A DNA stretch of 64,000 nt. Origin: a virus. Both the position numbers and the translations under genes were made by a program. The DNA is taken from positions 11,444 to 75,443 of IMG/VR virus record IMGVR_UViG_3300023174_007026; one strand, written 5' to 3'. A model generated the notes under the pieces. It did no database searches, was not told the DNA's origin, and saw nothing but the letters and a program-made list of their open reading frames with translations. Shown piece by piece: positions 19,067-29,453 of the stretch (positions are counted from its first letter, which is position 1; every line of letters starts with the position of its first letter).

Positions 19067-21616
19067 TCAAGCAAATAAATCCAACAAATCACTTTTTACT
19101 TGTTCATTGGGTTTGTGAGCAGACCATTTGACAGCCGCATAAAATCTCTCTACAACACTGAACACAATCTTTTCAAACATCTTTTCATAGTCAGGTTCAA
19201 ATGCTTCAACAAACTCTTGAGGGTAGTAATATTTGAATGCAATGCTTTGCATGTTGTATTTGTTGGGATGTTTGATGTACATCCATCTTACTTTGTCGCC
19301 GCTCTGCAACACTTCATATTTGTTTTCAATGTCTAGCTTTTTGATGAGTGTATTATAACCATGCGCTGATTTGACATGCACTGGTGTACCTTTGGGCATG
19401 TTCATCTCCTTGCTCTTGCTGGCAAACTTATCATAATCACTCATACCGCTGGTGTATGCCAATTCTTCTGGTTTGAGACTCTTGAATACCTCATAAGCTT
19501 CATTGACAACATCATTGGTCGCTTTGCGATTTTGAGACACCATCATGGTCTCAATGATTTTCTTGACATATGGCTTGATGGCTTTGGGCATTGTTGTTCT
19601 CACAACATCTACACCCACATATTTCCATTTATCACACTCAATGCCTTCATCATCAACTACGTGAGCAACATATCGCTTCTTTTCCAAGAACAATCCCTTG
19701 TCAATGATGGCTTCACGTTTGAATTCAATGCGAGGATCTTGACTGTTGAGTGCATCTTGCATCCATGCTTTGATTTTATCATTCAAGTACACATTGAGCT
19801 GCTCAATGATTGCATGGGCACCTGCTGTCACTTTACCATTTTCAATGAGATTGATGTTGCGAGCTCGCAGCAATGGTGCAACAGAGAAATAAGCTGAGTC
19901 TGTATCACCTGCTACAGCAATGTCTTCAAAATCATTATGACCAATAACGCTCTGTGCAAACTCTCTGCCATATGTTCGTGCTGCTTTGATGACTGACTGG
20001 CCAGTCAATGTGATGCTGGCTGCAATGTCATCATCACCAATGGGAGCATTTTTATTGCCCATGTATCCATATACGCTGTTGATGAAAATCTTGATGCACA
20101 ATTGCTTGGCATTGAGCTGCACAATTTTATCTTTGGTATATCCATCAGACTTGCCACCTTTCTTGAGCATTTGCATCTCTTTGCGAATCTTGACACGTTC
20201 TTTATAATAATGGTCAACAATCTCAGGCAAGATTCCTTTGTGCTTCTGTGTAAACAATACTTTGGCACGAGAAATAGCTACTTGCTCATCTTTGACAAAC
20301 TGTCCAAACTTGGCATGACTCAACTTGAATGTGGATCCGCTGCAATGCTGCACTGTGACATTGTTATCATCTTTGTCGATGATTTTGCCAATTTTAGTCT
20401 CTGGTGACATGTTGAGACTAATCATGATGTTGGGGTACAGAGAGTTAGCATCAAATGATACCACATCTTTTTGAAAGCCTTCCAATGGCTCTGCAACATA
20501 TGCACCAGGATTTTTCTCATCACTGCCATGACGAATAAATGTTGGCAGAAACTGCTGACGCAATCGAGCTTTGATGGCTGCAGTTCCAGTGATGGTAGAC
20601 AATGTACTCATGGCGTTCTCCATGGTAGTCAATCCCATGTATGACAACATGCGCAGCAATTCAACAAATTGCAGTTTAGCATCCATCTTTACCAGCAGAT
20701 TGACGTCTTGAATGTTGTAATCCACAAACAGCTGCCAATTGTCTTTGGACAAACTGGCAAGGTTGGTGTTGCCATAGTCAATCTTCTTTTCACCCAGCTC
20801 CAACTCTGCAATGAAATCAAGTTTGTAGCTCTCACGGTTGACAAAGCTGAATCGTTTGTAGATGTCAATGTAGTCCACACAAGAAATGCCGTCAATGTAC
20901 CATCTGATTTCTTCTTTGCCAAACATACCACTGCGCAATGTTCTGCAATACACCTTTTGAATTGGTGACAGTTGCTTGACAAACTCTTCACCCAACATGT
21001 TGGTGATGCGATTGATGATGTACGGAATATCAAAGCCTGATGTATTCCATCCAGTCAACAAATCTGGTGCATTGTTTTCAAAGTAAGTGATGAATTCCAT
21101 CAACAAGTGCTTTTCACTCCTGCAATACTTGTATACAACATCAGCATTGCTGTTCTTGTAAGGTGCAGTGCCCCATGAATAAAACTTTTGATCAATGCTG
21201 TCATGAACAGTAATGACATTGATGGGATGCTGCGCTAATTCAGCCTTGGGAAACACATCTGGACTGTACACCTCAATATCCAAAAACATGGTACGTATAG
21301 GATGCTGCTGAAACTCCTCTGTTTCATTGTATTTGTAATATGCATCAACTAAAAACTGCTGCACTGGTGCAAGATTCTCAAATACTCGACGAGTGCCGCA
21401 CTCTTTGAGGAATTTGTATCGCTCATACTGCGTCTTGAAAGTCTTTTTACGCAACTTGGTATTGAAGATGCTGACATCATTGCCAGTGCGATCTTCCAAC
21501 ATGATGTATGGGTTGTATGAACTAGTAAAGCTGACTCTGTTGCCTTGTTTATCCCAGGAGAAAATCTTGATGCATTCTTCTTGCGGTATGTATACTGCGT
21601 TTCTATAGCCAATCAT
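19067..21616 (-). CDS. Family B DNA polymerase (T4 gp43-like)
   Basis: Exo DIE, GWN..FD, YN..D; Pol DANSLYP, KIFINSVYG, GDTDS, KKRY. Confidence 0.97.
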   Translation of the reverse strand: MIGYRNAVYIPQEECIKIFSWDKQGNRVSFTSSYNPYIMLEDRTGNDVSIFNTKLRKKTFKTQYERYKFLKECGTRRVFENLAPVQQFLVDAYYKYNETEEFQQHPIRTMFLDIEVYSPDVFPKAELAQHPINVITVHDSIDQKFYSWGTAPYKNSNADVVYKYCRSEKHLLMEFITYFENNAPDLLTGWNTSGFDIPYIINRITNMLGEEFVKQLSPIQKVYCRTLRSGMFGKEEIRWYIDGISCVDYIDIYKRFSFVNRESYKLDFIAELELGEKKIDYGNTNLASLSKDNWQLFVDYNIQDVNLLVKMDAKLQFVELLRMLSYMGLTTMENAMSTLSTITGTAAIKARLRQQFLPTFIRHGSDEKNPGAYVAEPLEGFQKDVVSFDANSLYPNIMISLNMSPETKIGKIIDKDDNNVTVQHCSGSTFKLSHAKFGQFVKDEQVAISRAKVLFTQKHKGILPEIVDHYYKERVKIRKEMQMLKKGGKSDGYTKDKIVQLNAKQLCIKIFINSVYGYMGNKNAPIGDDDIAASITLTGQSVIKAARTYGREFAQSVIGHNDFEDIAVAGDTDSAYFSVAPLLRARNINLIENGKVTAGAHAIIEQLNVYLNDKIKAWMQDALNSQDPRIEFKREAIIDKGLFLEKKRYVAHVVDDEGIECDKWKYVGVDVVRTTMPKAIKPYVKKIIETMMVSQNRKATNDVVNEAYEVFKSLKPEELAYTSGMSDYDKFASKSKEMNMPKGTPVHVKSAHGYNTLIKKLDIENKYEVLQSGDKVRWMYIKHPNKYNMQSIAFKYYYPQEFVEAFEPDYEKMFEKIVFSVVERFYAAVKWSAHKPNEQVKSDLLDLFA

Positions 21617-21664
21617 GCATATACAATAGCATGTTCTTGAATGTTTTCAACATAAATATTTTTG

Positions 21665-21961
21665 ATGGACAATAAACCTAAATTATCGCAGCTTTGGAAT
21701 GATGTTGCTATCAAGTGCAGAAAAACAGCAATTTTTATGAATGATGTTGATTACGGGCCACGAGCTCGCCAATTTGAGAATTATTTTGTGTCTGACTATG
21801 TTAATTATCTTGCAGAAGCCATTGCAATGCTGGTGCGTGATGATTTTTTAATCACGAGACAATACAAGATCATGAAGAAGCACAGAGCTGGTTTGGAGAC
21901 TGTAACTAACAAACAAAATAAATATGTTGCTCTAGCTGGTTATGATGCAGCAGAACTTTAA
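21665..21961 (+). CDS. Late hypothetical protein, paralog A
   Basis: TAAATATTTTTGATG; MDNKPKLSQLWNDVA. Confidence 0.7.
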   Translation: MDNKPKLSQLWNDVAIKCRKTAIFMNDVDYGPRARQFENYFVSDYVNYLAEAIAMLVRDDFLITRQYKIMKKHRAGLETVTNKQNKYVALAGYDAAEL

Positions 21962-21970
21962 ATATTTTTG

Positions 21971-22273
21971 ATGAATAACAAGCCAGGATTATCACAGCTA
22001 TGGAATGATGTTGCTACATCAGGCATCGAGATTGTAATTAATTTGATTGAAAGTCCTATAACACTCAAACACCACAAAACCAGTGACTACCTTTTTAATA
22101 CTTACTGCAAATATTTAGCTGTAGCCATAGCAATGCTGTTGAAGAATGGTGGACCATCTAAATTTCAAGAACGTGTATTGTGGAATGTCAACTATAAAAA
22201 AGCACTACAGATGATGCACTGGGAAAATCCATCTGCTAAGACAGTTGATTTGTATGATGTGACAAAGCTTTAA
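21971..22273 (+). CDS. Late hypothetical protein, paralog B
   Basis: TAAATATTTTTGATG; MNNKPGLSQLWNDVA. Confidence 0.7.
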   Translation: MNNKPGLSQLWNDVATSGIEIVINLIESPITLKHHKTSDYLFNTYCKYLAVAIAMLLKNGGPSKFQERVLWNVNYKKALQMMHWENPSAKTVDLYDVTKL

Positions 22274-23487
22274 ATGCTGTTGTTGTATCTGTTGAGATTG
22301 GTGCGCTTGCTGCTGCCATAAGGAGTAGCAAACAATTCAGAATAACATTCAATGTTGTTGTTGCGTTCCAAGAATCTACTCTCTGCAACTTTGCGATATT
22401 GATATTGTTTTTCGCTGTATGCATTGGTACGACGCAATGTATCTTCAATGCAGTGCAGCATTTCTTCACCTGTGTTGAACTTGATAGGTGCATCTTTGTA
22501 TGTGCACAAGTCTTGACATGCAACAGGCAATCCATATGCACATGCTTCAATGTATTTGATATCGCTTTTGCATTTGTTGAAGTTGTTGTCTTGCAATGGT
22601 GCTACCATCATTTGGACGCCCAGTTCAAACAGCTTTTTAGGATAATCATACAACGTCTGCCAGTTTTGAAACTCCATTTCTCCTTTTTGGATATACGGAA
22701 TCAACTGCATAGGAGCTGCACCCATGAACACCCACTGATATTTGTGTCTGGAGTCAATGATGGCTTTGATGACGTGTTCAAAATCATCTTTGAAACCTGT
22801 CTTGTTTTCAACATCAAAGTGTGCACCAGATCCAGCATACAAGACGCGAGGTTTCTTTTTGTTCTTTTGCAGTAGTTGTGTATTGCGTTGTGGATTAAAA
22901 TATTGTCCACACCACCACTCTGGCGGGAAGTTGGGAATGACTGTAACTTCTTTTTTACCCAATTTGCTGCGGAAGTAGTCACGCATGAAGTCATTGGTTA
23001 CTGTTACTTCATCACACAGGTTCATAATTTCTGTAACTACTCTGCGCGTCTCATCATTATCAAATGCAAACTTGAATTTGTTGTAATCAGGAATATCTTC
23101 TTTGAAGACAACATCATCAATTTCATAAATGAGTCTGAAATTAAATTGCTTTTGCAAATGTTTAAGGTATTGAACAAATTCCAACTGCTGTACAGTTGCT
23201 TGTCTCTGCACTCGTACAGCTTGTAGTCCACTGTACATGCCATCTTGAGTAGTCATGATGGTACTAGTGTGTACCAATGCTTTGCCTTGTGCATTCAAGT
23301 AGTGCTCTGGCCAGATCATGCGCCAGAATCCACATCCAGACAAGTCAGCTGCATACTGTAAAATTCTTGGCAGTGATGCTTCTGGTGGCTCAGGCTCAAC
23401 AGGAGGTGCAGTTGGCTGAATTAAAAACTTGGGTGTCTGAAATGGAGTTTTGCCAAACGGTGTTGCTGCAAAAGGCTGTGGAAACAT
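22270..23487 (-). CDS. GT-B (GT4-like) glycosyltransferase
   Basis: GCGFWRM..P, YEIDD, VIPN, APLQDNNFNKCKSDIKYIE..AYG.P. Confidence 0.85.
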   Translation of the reverse strand: MFPQPFAATPFGKTPFQTPKFLIQPTAPPVEPEPPEASLPRILQYAADLSGCGFWRMIWPEHYLNAQGKALVHTSTIMTTQDGMYSGLQAVRVQRQATVQQLEFVQYLKHLQKQFNFRLIYEIDDVVFKEDIPDYNKFKFAFDNDETRRVVTEIMNLCDEVTVTNDFMRDYFRSKLGKKEVTVIPNFPPEWWCGQYFNPQRNTQLLQKNKKKPRVLYAGSGAHFDVENKTGFKDDFEHVIKAIIDSRHKYQWVFMGAAPMQLIPYIQKGEMEFQNWQTLYDYPKKLFELGVQMMVAPLQDNNFNKCKSDIKYIEACAYGLPVACQDLCTYKDAPIKFNTGEEMLHCIEDTLRRTNAYSEKQYQYRKVAESRFLERNNNIECYSELFATPYGSSKRTNLNRYNNSI

Positions 23488-23507
23488 ACATGCATTTATT
23501 GCATGCA

Positions 23508-25310
23508 TTACAATTGGCAACTGGCTCTGCGTGTGATGCCATTGTGTTTTTCAAGATAAATGATCTCACCAGTTGCAGCTTTAATGCTTTCTTTGCGATG
23601 AGATATTACCAATGCACATTCATTGTTCTTCTCAACACGTTCTTTAATGATGTCAATGACCATGTCAACGCCGCGTGTATCCAGGCTGCTGTCAAACAAT
23701 TCATCATAAATGGTCAAGTTGTATACCACATCACCTTGCATGCGACGAATGTCAATGAATGAGAACAAGCATGCAAGGTCAATGCTTTTGCGTTCAGCGC
23801 CAGAGAAGTTGAAGTATGAGCAAATTTTGCCTTTGTCATTGACAATTTCTTCTTCAAAATATTCATTGAATTTGCATACGCAGTTGGCATCCATTTTATC
23901 AAGATACGCTGCAAGTTTACTGTTGAGCAATTGCAGGATTTTTTTGACAATGAAAGATTTAACACCTTCTTCACATGCAATGTACTTGACGACATCCAAC
24001 ATGTTGATGAGACTGCGTTGCTTGTTGATGCTTTGCTCAACATTGTCAATACGAACCTTCATATCTTGAATCAATTCATCAAATTCAGTATCATCATTGT
24101 TGAGTTGTTCAATGTCATTGCTCAATTGTGTACACCAAGTCTGCAATTGATTGATGCGATCTTGCAATCCTTCTTTTTCTTTGGCAGCTACATTGTACTT
24201 GTTGATTTTGTCTTTGTAAGCATCCACCATTTTTTTGATTTCTTTGTGGCGATGCTTTTGCTGTTCAAGTTTTTGCTGAGCTTGAGCAATGTTGGTTTTG
24301 CATTCATCAATTTGCTGTTGTAAATTTTGCTTCTCCTGTGCAATGTGTTGTACATCGTGTTGTGTAATGGGACGCAAACACTTGTTACACATTGTACCAT
24401 TGACATCAATGTCTCTAAGACGCAGTGTCAAGTTGTTGCAGCTCATTTGTGTAACAGCCACGTGTTGCAAATGCTGGTCAACATTGTTTTGACACTTTTC
24501 AGCACCATCATTGAGCTGTTCAATGGCACTCTTGAGTTTATCAACATCAATGTCAATGATGTCATTCATGCTTTGCATCAACCTTTGCATCTCCATCTGG
24601 TTATCTGTCTGGCGCTGCTTGTAAACCTGTTGTTTATCTTTACGACTCTTAAGAACATTGCTTTTTTGTTGCTCATAATTGGCAACATTGCTTTTATAAC
24701 CCTCATAAGCTGCCAGTTCTATGTCATAAGTCTTTTTGTTTTCATTGTACTCTTCTCTGACATGGCCCAACATCTTGGTAAACACTTCCAAATTGAAAAT
24801 GCCTTCAATGAATTTACGTTTTTCAACTTTGTTCTGAGCCATGAACGGCACAGTATCATTGAGTGTCATGATGACACAGTTTTTGAAAATGCTGGGCGTT
24901 GCATTGATGAGATTGCATATTTCAATGGTAGTGTTTGCAATGCTGTCACGTGTAATATCAACACCATCCTCCATCAAGATGCATTTGCTGGGGTTTAAAC
25001 ATCTGGTGATGACATATTCTTTGGTGCCTTGTTCAGAGGCAATGGAGAATTCCAACTCAACGGCGCATGTTGCATTGGTGATGTTGTTGATGATGAGATC
25101 CTTTTTGAGTTCTCTCAAGCTGGTACCAAAGATTGCAAAATAAATTGCATCTGCAATGGTGGATTTGCCAATGGCATTTTGTCTGTCTGGCTTATCCTTG
25201 TTGGCACCAGTGATGATGTGCAGTCCTTTCTTGAACTCCACTTCCACTGTCTCATGTCCAACAGACAAAAAGTTTTGAATTGCTACGCGGCGAAAATTAA
25301 CGTATTTCAT
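23508..25310 (-). CDS. SbcC/Rad50-like recombination ATPase (T4 gp46-like)
   Basis: NFLSVG, GKST, coiled coil with CNKC hook, FSGAE signature, DE, ISH. Confidence 0.95.
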   Translation of the reverse strand: MKYVNFRRVAIQNFLSVGHETVEVEFKKGLHIITGANKDKPDRQNAIGKSTIADAIYFAIFGTSLRELKKDLIINNITNATCAVELEFSIASEQGTKEYVITRCLNPSKCILMEDGVDITRDSIANTTIEICNLINATPSIFKNCVIMTLNDTVPFMAQNKVEKRKFIEGIFNLEVFTKMLGHVREEYNENKKTYDIELAAYEGYKSNVANYEQQKSNVLKSRKDKQQVYKQRQTDNQMEMQRLMQSMNDIIDIDVDKLKSAIEQLNDGAEKCQNNVDQHLQHVAVTQMSCNNLTLRLRDIDVNGTMCNKCLRPITQHDVQHIAQEKQNLQQQIDECKTNIAQAQQKLEQQKHRHKEIKKMVDAYKDKINKYNVAAKEKEGLQDRINQLQTWCTQLSNDIEQLNNDDTEFDELIQDMKVRIDNVEQSINKQRSLINMLDVVKYIACEEGVKSFIVKKILQLLNSKLAAYLDKMDANCVCKFNEYFEEEIVNDKGKICSYFNFSGAERKSIDLACLFSFIDIRRMQGDVVYNLTIYDELFDSSLDTRGVDMVIDIIKERVEKNNECALVISHRKESIKAATGEIIYLEKHNGITRRASCQL

Positions 25311-26344
25311 CTGTACTTTCTATAAAGTTGCAAGCAGTATTGCTCAATTTCTTGTTTGTTTTCAATCTCCAGCATGGCAATGAAGTCATGAATGGCTTGT
25401 TCAACATCAATTCCAGACAGGTCTTTGCGGTCATCTGCATTGATCTGTGATGCTGTACTGTTGTAGTCCACACTCAGCTGCAGTGGCTTGAGAGAACCTA
25501 GTTTGGTTACCAAATAATCTGCATCTTCTGTGCTTACAACTCTGTCAATGATGAATCTGATGATGTTGTTGTTGCATAATTTGCGCAATTGCAATGCATC
25601 AACTTGATTGCTGATGAGATTGGACAACTGCAGCTTGTAAATGAGTGGTGATTGTGTGTTTTTGTGGAACTCAAACTCATTGAGCAAGCTGTCATAGATG
25701 TAAAATCCTTTGACATTGCCAGAATCATTCAAGTCTGTTTGAAATGGATTGCCAACATACTTGATAGTTCCTGTTTCAAACACTCTATCATCTCTAAAGT
25801 GGAAATGCCCGCTCACAATCATGGGAGATTTCTGCAGCAAGTCTTTGATATTGAATCCATGTTCACAAACTCTGAAAGAATTCATCTTGAATGTCTGAAT
25901 TTCAAAATGACCAAACATCAAATCACATTGTGGTATGTCATTGATATCAAAACCCCATGGCACCATGCATGCATGTTTGTTGCCAATGTGAATGCTCTGC
26001 ACTTTATCAAACACACAAATGTTTTGCCACCCACTGAACATAGCCAGAGAGTGCACATCAGCCTTCTCTTTGTAGTAACAGTCATGATTGCCTGGAATCA
26101 TGAACAGTCTAAATGGCTTGAATTTGTCTAAAATTTGACATGCAATGTGCATGCTGTTGACTGCCACAGCATCACGGTCGTGAAAGAAGTCGCCACAAAA
26201 AATTACATCTTGTATCTTATGATGATGCAGCTGTTTTACAAACCAATCAGCCCAATCCAGTGTAATTTTGTGCCACATGCTGCTGTTGCAGTGTACACCT
26301 ACATGCAAATCACTGAAGATGGCTACTCTGTTACTCAGATTCAT
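25307..26344 (-). CDS. SbcD/Mre11-like nuclease (T4 gp47-like)
   Basis: SDLHVG, GDFFH, GNHD, GHFE, SGHFH. Confidence 0.93.
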   Translation of the reverse strand: MNLSNRVAIFSDLHVGVHCNSSMWHKITLDWADWFVKQLHHHKIQDVIFCGDFFHDRDAVAVNSMHIACQILDKFKPFRLFMIPGNHDCYYKEKADVHSLAMFSGWQNICVFDKVQSIHIGNKHACMVPWGFDINDIPQCDLMFGHFEIQTFKMNSFRVCEHGFNIKDLLQKSPMIVSGHFHFRDDRVFETGTIKYVGNPFQTDLNDSGNVKGFYIYDSLLNEFEFHKNTQSPLIYKLQLSNLISNQVDALQLRKLCNNNIIRFIIDRVVSTEDADYLVTKLGSLKPLQLSVDYNSTASQINADDRKDLSGIDVEQAIHDFIAMLEIENKQEIEQYCLQLYRKYR

Positions 26345-26807
26345 CATAATATCTGTCAGAAGCATCATCACTTGTTGTTGGTCTGCTGTAGATAAAACCA
26401 TTGCCTTCTGCACTGCTGGTCAGCAGTTGTTTATAATGGCTCTCTCTGTAGTCTTCCAAAGTTTGATGATGTTTTTTCTCCCTCTTGATTCTGTTGATGA
26501 ATGCATGAAATGCAATGGTAGTAAAGTAACTGAATGGATTAGTTTCAGATGTTACATTATACTTTTTGTGTTTAAGAGCAGCATACATCTTTACCAATGC
26601 ATCTCCTATCATTTCATCTTTGTAAGTATAATTGATGAAGCTAGGAGAGTAGCTGAGACCTTTAGCAATTTTGTTGAGACATTCACCCAGTGTTGAAGAG
26701 CAATTGTTGGATACATAAAACTCTTCAATCTCTTTCTTGAAGTTTGCGGGGTCTACATAGAATTCGTCTTTGCTGAACTTGGTTGTAGGTCTTTTTGTTT
26801 TAGACAT
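26331..26807 (-). CDS. Late transcription sigma factor (T4 gp55-like)
   Basis: F.NYTYKDEMIGDA, NPFSYFT.IA..AF..RI..EKK. Confidence 0.92.
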   Translation of the reverse strand: MSKTKRPTTKFSKDEFYVDPANFKKEIEEFYVSNNCSSTLGECLNKIAKGLSYSPSFINYTYKDEMIGDALVKMYAALKHKKYNVTSETNPFSYFTTIAFHAFINRIKREKKHHQTLEDYRESHYKQLLTSSAEGNGFIYSRPTTSDDASDRYYDESE

Positions 26808-26829
26808 ACAACATTATAACATTGATGTG

Positions 26830-28281
26830 CTAGTTCTCAACTAACTTTGTTTGTATACAACTGATTTTTTCAGTCTCATAGATCTTAGATCGTTGTTGAT
26901 GATGGCGCATGCCGTATCTGAGATTATCAACAATGTCAATGATAGTGAGTATTTGTTTGTTTTGTGACTTTCTGAGACCACGACCAATGCTTTGTACTAC
27001 TCGAATGAAGCTTTTGCCACCTGCAGCAAAAATAATCATGTGCAGATTCTTGATGTTGATGCCTGTTGAGAAGATGCTGCTCATGGCTATGCATACAACA
27101 TTGTTGCATGACTCCAACAACTGCTTGCCTGCATTGCGTTGATCCAATGAAGTATCACCATTGATGTATATGACTTGTTTTTCTGTGCACTGCTGCAATG
27201 CATTGTATAAACACTCACCATGCTGCAAGTGATTGATGAGTATCAAGATGTTGTTGTCATAGTTTTTACATATTTGTGTTATGACTCTGTTTCTGAACTC
27301 ATTGTTGTATATGAAATCCAACTCTTTTCTGTAGTTTTCAGTCATGTGCACATCGCTATCTTCATCCTGTGCAACATATTGCGGAACTGATTTGTACGTT
27401 ATATTGATTGCACTGACTTTTACATTGGTTAAAACTTGCTGCTCACGCAATTCAGCACTGGATTTCGTCATTAACACCTTGCCTATCTTGCCCAACACAC
27501 ACCACAAATCCAATGCATCAACAGGCAAGGTTCCGGTGAACCCAAACTTGTTTTTGGTGTGTATTTTGTCAATGATTTTGGTTATTGAATTGTTTTTCTT
27601 GATGGTATGTACTTCATCTACAATCAATGCACCTACATCTTTCAGCCATTCATAATTTTCAAACCTTGACAATACAATGTCATGGTTAGCAATGATGATT
27701 TGAGCTGATGCATCCAAGTTGGGTGTTGTTCCAGTCCACAAACACATGCTGGCTGTTACACCATAGCTTACAAAGTCATTGTAAGTTTGATCTGCCAAGC
27801 CAGGATCAGGAACCAAAATCAATACATTGCTTTTGCACTGCAACAAACTGCATGCAAGTGCAGCAGTAATGAGTGTTTTACCTGCACCTGTTCCAAGAAC
27901 ACATATGCCTCTGCCATTGTCAATGCAATGCTGTACTGCAGTGGTCTGATAATCTCTCAATGACAAGTTGAGCTGTTCAAATACATTAGTTTGAATCTTG
28001 CTGCCATACAAATTATCAAACAAAGGTGTAGTATCTACACTTGATGCCAGTTGTTCTGCTGCTACAAAGTTGCGTATTTCATCTGCCATGCCAGGCTCAA
28101 ACAATCCTGTAGGTGTAATGGCATACAGTCGCGATGGCATGTGCCGCGCCTTGAGCTTATTTTTAATGAACTTCTTGGCTTTGTTTTCAATGCTGAAATG
28201 GTGACGAATATACTCAAACATATTGCTGTCAGAGCATCTCAAAACTGCTTTGGTTTTATCAGCATCAAATGTTACATTCAT
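26830..28281 (-). CDS. uvsW: SF2 helicase UvsW
   Basis: LRDYQ, TGAGKT, DEVH, GFTGT, STGINI, QSIGRGLR. Confidence 0.93.
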   Translation of the reverse strand: MNVTFDADKTKAVLRCSDSNMFEYIRHHFSIENKAKKFIKNKLKARHMPSRLYAITPTGLFEPGMADEIRNFVAAEQLASSVDTTPLFDNLYGSKIQTNVFEQLNLSLRDYQTTAVQHCIDNGRGICVLGTGAGKTLITAALACSLLQCKSNVLILVPDPGLADQTYNDFVSYGVTASMCLWTGTTPNLDASAQIIIANHDIVLSRFENYEWLKDVGALIVDEVHTIKKNNSITKIIDKIHTKNKFGFTGTLPVDALDLWCVLGKIGKVLMTKSSAELREQQVLTNVKVSAINITYKSVPQYVAQDEDSDVHMTENYRKELDFIYNNEFRNRVITQICKNYDNNILILINHLQHGECLYNALQQCTEKQVIYINGDTSLDQRNAGKQLLESCNNVVCIAMSSIFSTGINIKNLHMIIFAAGGKSFIRVVQSIGRGLRKSQNKQILTIIDIVDNLRYGMRHHQQRSKIYETEKISCIQTKLVEN

Positions 28282-28673
28282 GATTGTTCAAGCTGCATCA
28301 ACTGAATTACATTTTTGATGTCATATGTTGCTGAGAAAAAATTCTTTTGTACACTTTCCAAAAATTCAATGAGTAGTTCTTGCTCTTGAATCTGCTCATT
28401 GATAATTTTCATCTCATCAGTGCTGCCTACTGCACCCAACAAATTGCTTTTGTTGAATCTGATAGGTGATTCTGTCTCAACTTCTTTGGCAACGTTTTTG
28501 TAGATGTTGTCTTTTTTGGTTTTGAGTTCTCTCAATTTGAGCTTGTGTTCAATGCAACGCGCAGTCCAAAAATGACGCCTGTTGGGCAGTTGTTTTGCTA
28601 CCTGTGAGATATTGATTTCGTTGATGTCCAAATCTTGTTTGATTTGCTCTACATACTTCTGCAATGTTTGCAT
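28278..28673 (-). CDS. uvsY: Recombination mediator UvsY-like
   Basis: 131-aa helical protein coupled to uvsW; C-terminal YDIKNVI. Confidence 0.65.
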   Translation of the reverse strand: MQTLQKYVEQIKQDLDINEINISQVAKQLPNRRHFWTARCIEHKLKLRELKTKKDNIYKNVAKEVETESPIRFNKSNLLGAVGSTDEMKIINEQIQEQELLIEFLESVQKNFFSATYDIKNVIQLMQLEQS

Positions 28674-28705
28674 AAATAACTATATAATACAAATTGTATA
28701 ATTCC

Positions 28706-28936
28706 ATGTTATTTAGTCAAATATTTCGCAATACAATCAATGAAAGCATGACAGCTGGTGGTGCTGATAGTGCTTTTGGTTCTGGTGCAAACAGCACTGC
28801 ATCTCAATTTTCCAAGGATAGTTATGCGCCAGGTGATGCACGAAATGTAACTGGCAACATCAAAGTTAAATTGCAACGCCGCAACTTTCCAGAAACTACA
28901 CTTAAGAAAAATAAAAAGATCAGCAAACCTAGTTGA
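28706..28936 (+). CDS. Small basic hypothetical protein
   Basis: INE motif, DSYAPGDAR, basic C-terminus. Confidence 0.6.
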   Translation: MLFSQIFRNTINESMTAGGADSAFGSGANSTASQFSKDSYAPGDARNVTGNIKVKLQRRNFPETTLKKNKKISKPS

Positions 28937-29017
28937 TTAATATAAAATGTAGCTTTATATTCTCATGGGGATGAGAGTTAATGTGTGGACTAATTATAAT
29001 AATTGATATATAATTAG

Positions 29018-29440
29018 ATGAGCGATCTCGGACATTGGCAATACAATTCAGAAGTACCTGACAGTTTTTATGGATTTGTATATGAGATTACTAATCTTAC
29101 TAACAACAAAGTATACATTGGCAAAAAGCAGAGTGTATTCAGGCGTAGAAAAGCACTGCGCAAAGGAAAAAAGAAGCGTGAAATAGTAATCAAAGAGTCT
29201 GATTGGAAGACATACACTGGTAGTAACAATGAGTTGAATAAAGACATTGCAGAGCTTGGCAAAGATAAATTTTGCTTTAAGATTTTACGTTTTTGTGATG
29301 GTAAATGGCAGTTGTCATACTATGAAATTGAAGAACAAATCAAGCGTGGTGTGTTACTCAACGAAAACTTTTACAATGGCATCATCAACTGCAGATTAGG
29401 TAGACCCAAAACAAAAACAGTTGATAAATCAGCATCATAA
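29018..29440 (+). CDS. SegE-type GIY-YIG endonuclease
   Basis: GFVYEITN...YIGKK...ESDWKTYTGS...YYE...YNG. Confidence 0.85.
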   Translation: MSDLGHWQYNSEVPDSFYGFVYEITNLTNNKVYIGKKQSVFRRRKALRKGKKKREIVIKESDWKTYTGSNNELNKDIAELGKDKFCFKILRFCDGKWQLSYYEIEEQIKRGVLLNENFYNGIINCRLGRPKTKTVDKSAS

Positions 29441-29453
29441 TGCATATACATGC

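Noticed and set aside
19890-19920. Polymerase motif C reads AGDTDS rather than YGDTDS, suggesting adaptation to a modified dNTP
   Set aside because: As I recall, T4 gp43 also has AGDTDS, so it is not diagnostic
24327-24998. Long antisense ORFs (e.g. 24327-24998, 19376-19897, 38217-38789)
   Set aside because: Shadows of real genes; TA avoidance reduces stop codons on the opposite strand; no motifs or promoters
29018-29440. Calling this GIY-YIG protein T4 endonuclease II (host DNA degradation)
   Set aside because: Motifs fit the SegE-type family and I cannot support DenA orthology from the sequence alone
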